The notes below the pieces were generated by a model, which searched no databases, was not told where the DNA came from, and worked only from the letters and a program-made list of their open reading frames with translations. From Octopus sinensis (Eukaryota), in NCBI RefSeq assembly GCF_006345805.1, contig NC_043019.1:8865360-8929359 (forward strand): a DNA stretch of 64,000 bases, in the 5' to 3' direction. Shown here piece after piece: positions 1-12,260 of the stretch. The position numbers were made by a program, and so were the translations under genes. Position 1 is the first letter of the stretch; the number at the start of each line of letters is the position of its first letter.

Positions 1-404
1 GAGATTATTACTGCTACTGCTGCTGTGAGTGTTGTTGTTGGTGTTTTTGTTGGTGGTGTTCTTATTGTAGCTGTTGTGGTTGTTGTTGTTGCTGCTGCTA
101 CATTTTGCAGAATATGGCGGAAGATGAGGACAAGTTGGATTTGTTGTGGGTGTGCGTGCATGTGCGGGCACGTGTGTGTGAAGAAAAGAGATGGACAGAG
201 AGACAGAGAGAGGAAATAGAGAGAGTGAGAGAGAGGGAGGAGATTATGCGTTTCGTTCACTGACTGCATTTGCAGAAACGTGCAATAAATTCTTCAGGTT
301 TGAACAACAAAAACAAGCATACATACATACGCAACCGAGCACAGAAACGCGACCCCCAGCCCCTCATCACACACGCACGCATATATGCACATATATAATA
401 TATG

Positions 405-437
<33 letters not shown>

Positions 438-664
438 AAAGATATATATATATATATAAATATATACACAGATATGTATATATACGTGAGATAGATAGTT
501 GCTTATATACATAGAGATGAAGGTTTATACCCTTACTTACGCATATATATATATGTGTGTGTGTGTGCGTGTATATATATATATATTTATATATAACCCA
601 AATGTAAGCAATTGGTTTATTTTGAATACGTGTGGACATTCATATTTAATTAATTTATATAGAT

Positions 665-796
665 ATTGGTTTCAGATTGGGGCACGAGGCCAGGAAGTTT
701 AAGGGAGGAGGCTAGTCGATTACATCGACACCAATACTTGACTGGTACCCATCTGATCGACCTTCAATAGATAAAATGCAAATTCGACGTGGGCAG
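665..796 (-). mobile_element. 3' part of tRNA-derived SINE, family 1
   Basis: Reverse complement (gtcgaatttgcattttatc..gaaggtcgat..gtaccagt..tattggtgtcgatgtaatcgact) matches the 3' halves of the copies at 1622 and 8788. Confidence 0.75.
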
Positions 797-922
797 TATA
801 TATATAGTATAATAGATCGTAGAGAATGGCATAACAATGTGAAGTAAATGCAAGGCAAATCACAAGAACACATTTATATGAATTTATGTAGACATACCTT
901 GTAGTCAATATTTCGTATTAAG

Positions 923-1012
923 ACCCCATCCTCAAGAAATTAACGAATATCTAATCAACAAACTCAGGCACACGCACATCTGCAACATTCGCAAATTTCT
1001 TGAAGATGGGGT
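923..1012. repeat. Imperfect inverted repeat (~26-bp arms, ~38-nt spacer), MITE-like or hairpin
   Basis: accccatcctcaagaaattaacgaat (923-948) pairs with attcgcaaatttcttgaagatggggt (987-1012). Confidence 0.7.
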
Positions 1013-1621
1013 TATAAACCCGAAATATTGAATGCAAGGTAAGTCTACATAAATCCATATATTTGTTTTCTTGATTTACTTCACATTGTTCTGGCCTTAC
1101 CCACGATCCTTCATACAACATATTCTACGGAATGCTTCATAGTAACTATGCCATATGTATATATATATATATATGTTACAACATGTGGATTCAAGTAATC
1201 TGGCATTACTCCTAAAAATGATCCTTAATGTATCATTTTAGGAAACATAGAATGTATAGCAGGTTCCGAGAGAAAATGGAAAGGAGTGTTTAAAGTCATA
1301 ATTGATGGAGAAATACTTTGTTGACATTTTATTAACAATTAGTAAATTCTAATATTATGACAAATTGTTTCGTAACATAAATGCATGCAAATAGTTTATA
1401 TTAATATAATTAATAATAAATAAATTACTTACATGCCTGCATTAATGTAAAATGCGAATTTTTTTTCAAAATAATTTACGAAACAATTTGTCGCGATATC
1501 AAAAGTTATAATTCGGAAAGCTAAGTCTGGAACTTTCCAGCATCTTCTCGTACACCAGTATCACAGAAAACAACTGGCATATCTCATATTTTTCACACAT
1601 TTTCCTTATAAGAAAATCTGA

Positions 1622-1833
1622 GGCGACGAGCTGGCAGAATCGTTAGCACGCCGGACAAAATGCTTTGCGATATTTCTTCCTTCTTTAAGTTCTGAGTTCA
1701 AATGCCGCAGACGTCGACTTTGTAATTTATACTTTCCGAGTCGATGAAATAAATACCAATGGAGCACTGGGGTCGAGGACATCGACTTACCTCTCCGTAC
1801 TAGAACCGCTGGCCCTGTCCCAAAATTTTAAAG
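1622..1833 (+). mobile_element. tRNA-derived SINE, family 1, near full length
   Basis: A-box-like TGGCAGAATCG and B-box-like GAGTTCAAATGCC; colinear with the 8788-8980 copy, including actggggtcga. Confidence 0.85.
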
Positions 1834-2399
1834 CATTATTATTACACAACCCATAAAGAAAATACGTTATTTAATGGCCTGCCATTTAAATACAAAAAGA
1901 AGCACAAAACGCGCAACTGGACCATAAACAGCATCCAACCATAGAACTCAACACATTTTATAAAGAATATATGCAATAGGAGAATCATTAACATAATACA
2001 AGAAAGAGATACCTCCATAAGATAATGTTGAACACACCTCGGGAAGACGGAGGTGTGTGAGCAACATTATTTTATGATGTCATAGAAGCTCACATCAACT
2101 TGATCAAACGTAATATGAACCACGATAACAAAGACAACAGAAGCAGCAGCAGCGTTATCAACAACAGCAGCAACAATAATGATAATAATTAGAAAAAAAA
2201 AGAATGTGACCCTTTCGTTTAATACATAAAATGGCAGAACTGCACAGGCAAAGAGACACACACAAACACAAAACTGGGCAAAGACACGATATGCAATTCT
2301 CACAGCCATTAAAAATTTCACTTACACATCACGTACACTTAACGTTTTATAGACATGCATGTATATGAGTGTATATATGTGTTTATGGATGCATTCACA

Positions 2400-2642
2400 T
2401 GTATGTATCGGTGATAGTATTTGAGATATGTTTTCCATGTATGTGTATATATACGTTCTGTTTATGTATGTATGGTTGTATGCATGTATGTATGAATGCA
2501 TGAATGTATGTGTAAATATTGCTTCGATTTTCATTCTCTCCCCAAAATTAATGTTTGATGTATATTTTTTATATATATTATATATATATATCATATACAT
2601 ATGTTTATATATATATATATATATTATATATATACATATGTT

Positions 2643-2674
<32 letters not shown>

Positions 2675-2992
2675 ATATATATATATGTTTACGTACATTT
2701 ATATACAAATGTGTGTATATTTATATGAATTTCTCTCTATCTCTCTCTAATCTTTCTCTCTCTCTCATTCTCTCTCTATATCTCTATAATATGTCTATAT
2801 GTATATATATGTATAAATGTATGTATAAATATATTATATATAATATATATATATATATGGCGAGAGGAGCAGGAGGGAGGGGCCAGAATTAATATAGGGA
2901 GAAAGGAGAAGAGAATGGATTGATATTATATAAGAACATACATAGATACATATATACATACACTTACACACATTCATTCATGTGTGTACTTC

Positions 2993-3026
<34 letters not shown>

Positions 3027-4005
3027 ATGTGTGTTTGTGCATGTGTGTTTGTGCGTGTGTTGTGTGTTTGTGTGTATGTGGTTGCTGTCTATGCATACAT
3101 ACGCATGAATACGTATCAATGTTTGTCATAAGTGTTCATATATATGTGTATATCTATGAATGTAAGCGCACACATTCGCATACATGCGCGGGCACTCGTA
3201 CACACACTCGCTCGCGCACACACACACAAATACCCACGCAGCTATATGCCACCACCATTAAGCCTAAAGCTGGTCGTCACAAGATCAGAAGGGTGTTTGT
3301 TTACCGAGATGCTTTTAAGGGCGACCTTTATGGCCTCGAAGATCAAAGACCGCTATTGTATAAATTATATTTGTTTTATTGCCGTGTTGTGCTGGTTTGT
3401 GTTGCAGGTTAGGAGAGCGGCGATGTGATCGGTGGCGGAGGGGTGGAAACACTGGTCACGTGTTGCAGATAATGTTCTAAGGTGGTGAGGGAGGTTATCT
3501 CCCCTACCCTGCCACATGTGAAGTTTCTGTTACCACATTATTGTATTCAATATTGTCGAGATATTAAAAAGCTGGCAAGCACATCAAGAACAAGAATATT
3601 CAATATTTCACATACATATAGAAGCACATATGCTGCAATATCCATATTCACAAACACACACACGCACACACCCATCACACACTCGCATATATATATATAC
3701 ATATGCATACCTATATATATTTATACACGAACATATATATATGTATATATGTATGTATCTATGTATGTATGTATATATTTATGTATATATATATATATAT
3801 GTATTATATATATATGTATGCATGTCACTATATATATATATATATTATGCATCTATTATATATATATACATGTATACATATATATAAGTATATATATGTT
3901 ATGTAATATTATATATGCATATATATATGCATGTATACATATATATAATATGTATATGTATTATGTATATTTATGTATATATATAAATTATATATATATA
4001 TGTTG

Positions 4006-4039
<34 letters not shown>

Positions 4040-4348
4040 ATATATAATATATATATATATATTATATATATATATATATGTAAGTGTGTAAGTAATGTAT
4101 GTAACACGATGGCAGGAAGCAGGTGAGCGCCAAGCTTATTGTGTTTGTATATGTGAAATGCACACATCTGAGAAACACTTGATAAAGAATATCAACATAC
4201 CACACAAGCATGCTCAGCACATATATCTAGATATCTATGTAGAGATATACAATATATTTCTCTCTCCTCCTCTTTCCGACTCTCTATACCCCTCTCTCAC
4301 TCTCTTTTTTCTCTCTTTCTCACTCCGTTTCTATATCTGTCTCTCTTT

Positions 4349-4409
<61 letters not shown>

Positions 4410-4442
4410 CATCCATCTATCTATCTAACTATCTATCCATGC

Positions 4443-4475
<33 letters not shown>

Positions 4476-4660
4476 TATATCTGTGTGTGTGTGTGTACAT
4501 GTGTGTGTATCTATGTATGTATGAATTGATAGAGATAGACAGATAGATATATAATATATATTTATATATTTATAAACATACGAATACGCACACACACAAA
4601 CATATATATATATACACACGCTTGCACACATATATATGTACGCATGTGTTTATTATTATA
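2400..4660. repeat. Compound (TA)n/(TG)n/(ATCT)n microsatellite field with a unique island at ~3240-3620
   Basis: Direct reading; the ORFs here are YI/CV/LSIY low-complexity artefacts. Confidence 0.9.
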
Positions 4661-5006
4661 TGGATGGATAAATGCTGAATATCATCATGATCATCATCAT
4701 CATCATCATTTGTGTCTATAAAATATATCCATACGCTCTCACATCGGAATGTGTGTGCACGATAGTAAGTATGTCTGAGCGAAAAAGTGAGTATCTGTGT
4801 GTATTTGTGTATTTGTGTGTACATAGATATCTCTACCTGTTGAGCCTGTATTAAACGGTATTTCCTTGTTCGTTTTCGATGTCTGCATTCTTAGTTCAAT
4901 TAGCACCGACATTACTTTCCATTTTCTCTTCCATAGATGAAATATAATTCTGGAGGCGAGCCTTCAATTTTTCTTTGTCTCCATCAGCCTGTTTCTCTCT
5001 ATCCCC

Positions 5007-5070
<64 letters not shown>

Positions 5071-6111
5071 ACACTTTATCTATTTATCTTCCTGTGTCTT
5101 TTTATAATTACACCTGGACTTGGCCAACCCAAGATTGAAAATGACCCACGCATTCGGTGTTTGAGGTCGCAACGGAAAGCAACACGTGCCATATAATTTT
5201 ATTTCAATCATGTGAAAATGTACTTGAGAATATGTTGGTGTTAGTGAAAATAATGGAAGCACCGTTTGAAATGGAAATTTATGTATTTAATAGCACAATT
5301 GTTTCAAGCCACCTTCAAGCTTCAGGATCAAAAAGCCAAACATTTGATTTTTTCTGCAAAAATATACGTATTCCGAATTGAAAAAACCGGATGAATGGTA
5401 GTTTGTCAGAGATGATGTTTTTCCATGAAATTTCTGACAATTTCTGATAGCTTAAACGTCATTTTTTTTTCTCTTTATATCAATATTGATCGGTGAGAGG
5501 AAAGGTTTAGCCTTCCCATAATTAACAGTTTAATGGAGCTCACGCCAAACCGTTCTGATTGACAAAATTTTGGCCTGGTTGTGGCACAGCGCTTACTATC
5601 ACTTTTGCAATCTAATGCTTTTGTCACAATATCTTTCACTCTTCAGCTGCTCGCTCCCTCTTTGAGTTTTGGATTCCAGCATGGATTAACCTTGCCAGAG
5701 CTGGATTTACCTTGGTTCTGAAAGGCAAGCATGATTGAAACAGAATGCAACTCTCGAAATGCTAAATAATTCAGCGGTTTTCCTGATTAAAGCTCCTACT
5801 GTCAGCGCTCCATTCATTTATCCTCTTTAGAAATCAGATGCATCACGCATTTTAGTGTATTCAAATATAATTAAATGGAAAAGAAAACAAATACAGGTAT
5901 ATAACATGAAGTATAATGCGCACACAATAAATAGGAACGTATAAATACAGACAAGAAAGATTAAAGTTGACATAAAGATAGTAGAAAAGAAAATTAAGAT
6001 GAAAATTCTGTTTCCATTATTTTACGCAACATTTGTATACATATATGTGACTGTGGCTGCGTATGTGTCTCTATAAATAGACATTCATATTTATTTACAT
6101 ATACATATATA

Positions 6112-6300
6112 TAGGGAGAATTCACAAAAAATATATAAGACAAAGACAGGTGGTGTAGACAACAAACAGATGTAGTAGTTTAACACTCAGGAAATGAAAA
6201 AGTATTTAACGTTTCGAGCCTACGCTCTTCCACAGAAAGGACCACGGAAAGAAACAAGGAGAGACAATAAAGAATGTGTAGTGGTTAGCGATCTATCATG
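6112..6300 (-). mobile_element. Short Penelope-type repeat carrying a hammerhead-like motif (6202-6240)
   Basis: Minus strand cgctaaccac..cctttCTGTGGAagagcgtaggctcGAAACGTTaaa..ttaaactactacatctgtttgttg; a second copy lies at 49190-49357. PLE origin is inferred from the motif type. Confidence 0.6.
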
Positions 6301-6559
6301 GCGAATATATATATATATATACATACTTACATACATATATATTTCTATGTGTGATGTGTGTAAATAAATATATGTGTTTAGGTATGATGTGTATGTATGT
6401 AAATATATGTATGTAGGTATATATGTATAAATGTATGTATACGTATGTATGTATGTGTGTATGCATGCATGTATGTATGTATGTATGTATGTATGTATGT
6501 ATGTATGTATGTATGTATGCATACGTATGTATGAATATGTCTTGAAGGGATTGACTAAA

Positions 6560-6836
6560 TGGTATCCTGGAGTTCGCTACCGCGTGGTTATTTGCGTCCT
6601 TGAGTAGGACACTTTATTTCTCGTTGCCCCAGTCCACTCAGCTGACAAATATGACCGGCACCTGTAATTCAAAGGGGGCCAGCCTTGTCACATTCTATGT
6701 CAAACTCTCTGAGAACTAAGTTGAGGGTATGTGTGTCTGTGGAGTTCTCAGCCACTTGCATGTTAATTTCACGAGCAGGCTTTTGCCGTTGGTCAGATCA
6801 ACTGGAACCCTCATTGTCGTAAACGACGGAGAGCCG
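6560..6836 (+). mobile_element. tRNA-derived SINE, family 3
   Basis: Shares gtccttgag..actttattt..ccagtcc..cagctg, gggccagccttgtcaca, ctgagaacta and ctcagccacttg with the 36828-37122 copy. Confidence 0.8.
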
Positions 6837-7013
6837 TGATGCATGTAGCTATATAGACATATGTAGTTTCACATATATATTTTGTTTGCCTCTATGTGTT
6901 TATGTGAGTGTGTGAGAGTGCATCTTCGTGTTGTCTGTGTGCTTCGTTTTATATCTATGGCTTGTTTCGTACAAAGATTTCAAATCCACGGAATAAAGCC
7001 ACGAGATATCATC

Positions 7014-7201
7014 TTAAAACTTGCGAACATACAAAGACAACATTGCGATCACATTGCCACAGAACTTGCAGTTATTCTTGACAGTTGGCGCATGAAAATC
7101 CATGAAGTATCTATAAACGTTCCCTTCATATTGGTTTTCAAGCAAAATTCGATCATGCCTCTTGATGCGCGTAATTTGCGCCATGTCTGCTGGCAAGTGA
7201 A
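7014..7201 (-). other. Candidate terminal coding exon (HLPADMAQITRIKRHDRILLENQYEGNVYRYFMDFHAPTVKNNCKFCGNVIAMLSLYVRKF*), product unknown
   Basis: Unique, higher-GC sequence; weak acceptor tcctattcattcattacaag; open frame to TAA. The + strand is also open here, so the call is ambiguous. Confidence 0.25.
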
Positions 7202-8787
7202 CTTGTAATGAATGAATAGGAGTCAAGGATGAGTTGTTTTGACGCTCAAATCATTCCAAAATGATTGGAATGATTTCAGTCAAATCATTAACACGAGTTA
7301 AAAAGTACGAGTCAAAGCATGTGTGTACGTTTACGCCATGGAAACAAAGTGGCACCCAATGCAGTGGTTTGGATGATCAGCCCCGCGATTGAAACGAAAG
7401 GATGTCAGAGGCGTTCATATATAATGGTGGTGTGTCTTGGATACCTGAAGGCGTTCAAGGGAAGCAACGAGAAGGAACAGACTTGGCGAATAAGCATGCG
7501 CAGAGAAAACCTAGATAGGACACAGCGACAACGCACCGGTTTATGCGTAAATCTTAGCAGTAACATTTTGGCGCAGCTGTAAGCCGGGAAGGTCGTCAGT
7601 TTTAGATAATGGAAGAACTCAAACAAAATTTGCTATAACGTTTCAAAATCTTGAAAGTGTCTTCCCTGAAATTTTCGAAAATTTATTTAAAAAATGAAAG
7701 ATGAGATTGATGTACTGAAAGTAAAGATAATTATTTGAATTAGAGTGGAGTAATTAAATTGTTGCTAAATTAATTTTAAAATGAAGTTCTGGTTTGTTTT
7801 TCATAAACCTCGCTTATGTAAACATTTATTTGTTACGTGTTTTTTAAAACACGATATAAACATTTTAATTGTGAAATCGTTTTTCAACAGCAAATCAGTG
7901 ATTTGGGGAGTAAAATACTAACTGAATGCTTTCTAACAATCAATTAGGCTTTATAGGTGAAAAATAATGAAAGTGCCACTTAACATACCATAATATATAT
8001 CCATTGAAATCAAAATTGGAATGGAACGAAATGACCGAAGAATAAATAATGACTTGTTATGAATCGAAGTAACAGAATTCCGGAATTAAGAATCCCAAAA
8101 ATTTATAACACCCCGGGGTGGGAGGGAGTTTGATTTCAGTTACATACAAAGATCAACCAGAGTTATGCTGCCTTTCAATTCTATATGTGTGTGTATATGT
8201 GTGTTTGTTTCTCAGTGAATGTGGGTATTTGCATTTATGTGTGTGGGGGGGGTAACTGTATATGTATTATACGAGTGTATTTCTGTAGATCTTCATTTAT
8301 TTATTTGTATGATGCCATTATAACAAGGAAGAGGATGTTCAGCTCGTTTTATGGCTTGCATCAGTCTCTCTCTCTCTCGCTCTCACACACACACAAACAC
8401 ACTCAGTCGCACACACTGGCACGCACGTACACACACAATACAAATGAATTCGTTTCCATCCTCCTCCTCCTCCTCCTAAACATAGCATGGAATACTTTCA
8501 TTGACAATTCTTTCATTCTACATCCCAGCGTCCTCTACACTTAAACTCTCATCCCCATCGCGGTCTCCATCACACGGCCTGCTGCCTGATATTACTGTCA
8601 TCCATTCCACACATTCTCTGTCATAAACCACATTACATAATTTCTGTTCTCTTCCTTGTAACTCCACCACTGAATCTGTCACTGTTATTTTCTGCTCCGC
8701 CGTCGGAAATTATATCCTTAAAAGCTGCTCCCACTTTTGCGTGATATCCCCTCACGCTTCGCATCATTAATATTTTACAGTATACAA

Positions 8788-8980
8788 GGCGGCGAACTGG
8801 CAGAAACGTTAGCACGCCGGACGAAATGCATAGCGGTATTTCATCTATCTTTACTTTCTGAGCTCAAATTCCGCCGAGGTCAACTTTGCATTTCATCCTT
8901 TCGGGTGGATAATTTAAGTACTGGGGTCGAGTGACCTCTTTCCCCAAAATTTCGGGCATTGCGCCTAGAGTAGAACGGAA
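8788..8980 (+). mobile_element. tRNA-derived SINE, family 1
   Basis: ggcggcgaactggcagaaacgttagcacgccggacgaaatg..ctgagctcaaattccgccgaggtcaactttgc; colinear with the 1622 copy. Confidence 0.85.
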
Positions 8981-9265
8981 TATTTTACAATATTGTATGT
9001 ATGTATGTATGTATGTATGTATGTATGTATGTGTGTATAGTGTGTGTATATATGTATACTTCGGTGTGAACGTGTGTATACGCGTTTCAAAGTACTTCCA
9101 AATGTATTTGAGACTGTTTTCTCCTTCCATTTTTTTTTCAAATGAATCAGGCAAAGTTTTTGCTTCAATCAGTTGGCCTTGAACGTTGCTAGATAACCAT
9201 GTTGTATTCAATGGTTAAGCTAGAACCTTAAAGTTTTGGCATTTCCCCAAGTTCATTTGTCTTAC

Positions 9266-9286
9266 CTGGAACATCGCCCTGGAATT
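9266..9286 (-). other. Candidate 21-nt microexon
   Basis: ccttaatctttaag|AATTCCAGGGCGATGTTCCAG|gtaaga; strong donor, weak AAG acceptor. Confidence 0.2.
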
Positions 9287-10390
9287 CTTAAAGATTAAGG
9301 AGTAATTTTAAAAGACTTTTCTCCTCAGGACGAAAACAATTCTTGAACCAATTTTCAAATATTTATGTTTTAACCTAGCCCGACCTTTTTTCTTCTTTTC
9401 TTTTCTGTTTTCAATTATCTGCTTAAGACATCTTGCAGGTCTCCTAAAGAACAAGTGAATCATTTGATGAATAAATCCCCAACATTATACTTAGCGACTA
9501 AAAGCATTACACAACCATTTACCGAACTGAACTCTTGATGTAATTTTCATTTTCTACAGATTCGTTTCCAAAATATATTCGATTCCTTAAGTTTTAATTC
9601 TTATCACAAGACGAACCACCACTTTCTACAAACAGTTGTTTTTCCTTTCTGCAGGATATCTGTTTGCTGTACCAAATTCTGTACTTGTACTCTCTAAACA
9701 AAAACACGATATGGATTCTCGAACAGGCTCCAAAACTACCGAACCATTCAAAACTCGAAAATATTTCGTTAGTTTCCATATTATTTCCGTTTCTTTCTTT
9801 CTGCTTTCTTTAGATTACTGCAAACAGATTGACAGCCTTCGTTTGATTGTCATTTCATTTAAAGCCAATGCGCATTTTATTGAAATTCGCAATCCACATT
9901 GTCAGAACACGTTCCACTGGAATCGCTGTTCGTTCTGTTTCTTTTTTGAAATTCTATTCTTAATTTTCTTTTTCCCGAATTAACACGATTTATAAACTGA
10001 CAACAAATCCCGAAAATACAACGTATCTCTATAAAATACTTAAATAATGCAGAGAATTTCTCGAAGATTATGAGTCTAAAACAACAAATCAAACGAACGT
10101 ATTCTGCGGTTGCAAAAAGAAACTAAAAATTGAAAAATATGTTTGAATGTTTAGATTCCGAACAGCAGAAAGCGACAGCCATTCCTTACGTGCGTCACAG
10201 AAACGAGGAAACAATGATAATACAATTACAGGATACGAAGTTATAAATCAAATTGTTATAACAGATTGAACAAAAACCTAAATATGAATACGTGTTATAT
10301 GTGTGTGTCGGGGGGTGTATTTACATATGTATATACATTATATATATAAGTATATATATATATATGCATATATATATATATATGTATATG

Positions 10391-10433
<43 letters not shown>

Positions 10434-10510
10434 GTATATATATATATATATGTATGTATATATATATATATATCTATATATATATATATTATATATATAT
10501 ATATATATAG

Positions 10511-10550
<40 letters not shown>

Positions 10551-10570
10551 AGTATATATATATGGAAATA

Positions 10571-10712
10571 CAGATGAGGCTGTGTTGTAAGTAGCTTGCT
10601 TACCAACCACATGGTTCCTGGTTCAGTCCCAATGAGTAGCATCTTGGGCAAGTGTCTTCTGCTATAGCCTTGTGAATGGATTTGCTAAACGGAAACTGAA
10701 AGACGCTCCTCA
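10571..10712 (+). mobile_element. SINE family 2 (CORE-like centre), 5' half
   Basis: gtaagtagcttgcttaccaaccacatggttcctggttcagtccc..cttgggcaagtgtcttctgctatagcc..aaacggaaactgaaaga; runs into a (CA)n/(TA)n/(TG)n tract. Confidence 0.85.
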
Positions 10713-10720
10713 TATACACA

Positions 10721-10799
<79 letters not shown>

Positions 10800-10803
10800 T
10801 ATG

Positions 10804-10834
<31 letters not shown>

Positions 10835-11639
10835 TGTGTGTGTAGATTTACCAGTACCTTCATATAATGTAAAAAAAAAATTACAAAATGCTGCAGAACT
10901 TAGAGGGTCAACGATCAATAATACTGAAAGGAAAATGGCTGACAATACTTGTAGAAAAATACTTGGTAATTCGTTCGTTGTTAGATATCATGCTTTATAT
11001 GTGAGTTACGCAAAACCTAGCAGGTCATCAGAAATTGGCTGCTAGCTTCAAATGGTATTTGGCTGTTTGCTGTTAAATTCGAATCTTGGCTTCTGGAACG
11101 AAATCAGTGGAATTATAAAGCTTTGAAAATTAACATTAGTGAGCTATTTCTTAGAAAAATTACATTTGCATACCGAAGACAAATACAATTTTTAGAAGAA
11201 ATTTTAGGAATTATTCTGACAGGCACGCAGACTTGTGGAGAAGCTGGTACGTGACTCTAGTTACGAGACGAGCAATGGTTACTCAGGTATATTTCTCAAA
11301 AGAAATGTAATAAAACTTATCTTAGTAAAACCAAAATATATATAAGCATATAGTATTATATAAGTTTGTGATATATATTTTTGCATAGACATGTGAAATG
11401 GCAGGTACAGTGTCAAAGGTGTGGGAAATTGCAAGTCTGTGATTCGGCCAAATTTAGCGACTAAGCATGTGTTAAAAATGTCTAGACTGAGAAAATTCAA
11501 CATTGTCATAGGTGGAGAAATGAAAGTGAAGTGAAAACTACAACAAAATGGAAAACAACAGAAACAAAAATAGCAACAACACAAACAACAACAATAATAA
11601 TAATAATTTCTGCTGCAAGCAAAAAACTCGAAGATTTTA

Positions 11640-11735
11640 GTGAGTGGGCTGGCCGATGACATCAACCCCAATGCACAACTGGTACTTAATTTATGTACTA
11701 TGGAGTGACGGCAGGCGAAGTCGAGCTTGGTGGAA
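11640..11735 (-). mobile_element. SINE family 1, partial 3' part
   Basis: Minus strand ataaattaagtaccagttgtgcattggggttgatgtcatcg matches the family 1 tail. Confidence 0.6.
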
Positions 11736-11751
11736 TAAGATTAATAAAGAA

Positions 11752-11836
<85 letters not shown>

Positions 11837-11869
11837 GTAATAATAATAATAATAATGATGATAATAATA
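11752..11869. repeat. (AAT)n microsatellite
   Basis: Near-perfect run, read directly. Confidence 0.95.
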
Positions 11870-11874
11870 TATTC

Positions 11875-12260
11875 AGAAAGGGACCACCACACACGGCTTA
11901 GATGGAGCAAATAAATTAATGCTGTGGTCATGGAGTATTACTACATGAGCAACCCGGTAGATGAAAATGGTGCTCAAATTAGGTGTTACCGACAACGTAT
12001 GTCTGTTCATTGGAGAGAAAAGATATTGTTTCAACTCACGGAGCAGCGACTATGTGCTCAAGCTAGAGCAATAAGAAGCAATGTTGCTTCACAGAAGTAG
12101 AGCTCGAAGCTATCAAAAGACGGATCATGGACAATAACAGCATAGATAAGAATGAAAATACAGTCCTTAATAATGAGAGTAATCTTATAGCAGAGGAAAG
12201 GAGCAGTGGTAGCTTACTTGATGAGAGTTGTAAGTTACAGCTACAATATCCTTACCTGGC
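11875..12260 (+). mobile_element. N-terminal fragment of an R4/Dong-like non-LTR retrotransposon ORF (stop plus frameshift)
   Basis: Translates RLRWSK*INAVVMEYYYMSNPVDENGAQIRCYRQRMSVHWREKILFQLTEQRLCAQARAIRSN / FTEVELEAIKRRI. This resembles the W..EEN..VMECYY.S.P....GYR.RM...W......EQRL..Q...I..N...TE.E.E.I motif of R4-clade ORF N-termini. Confidence 0.75.
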
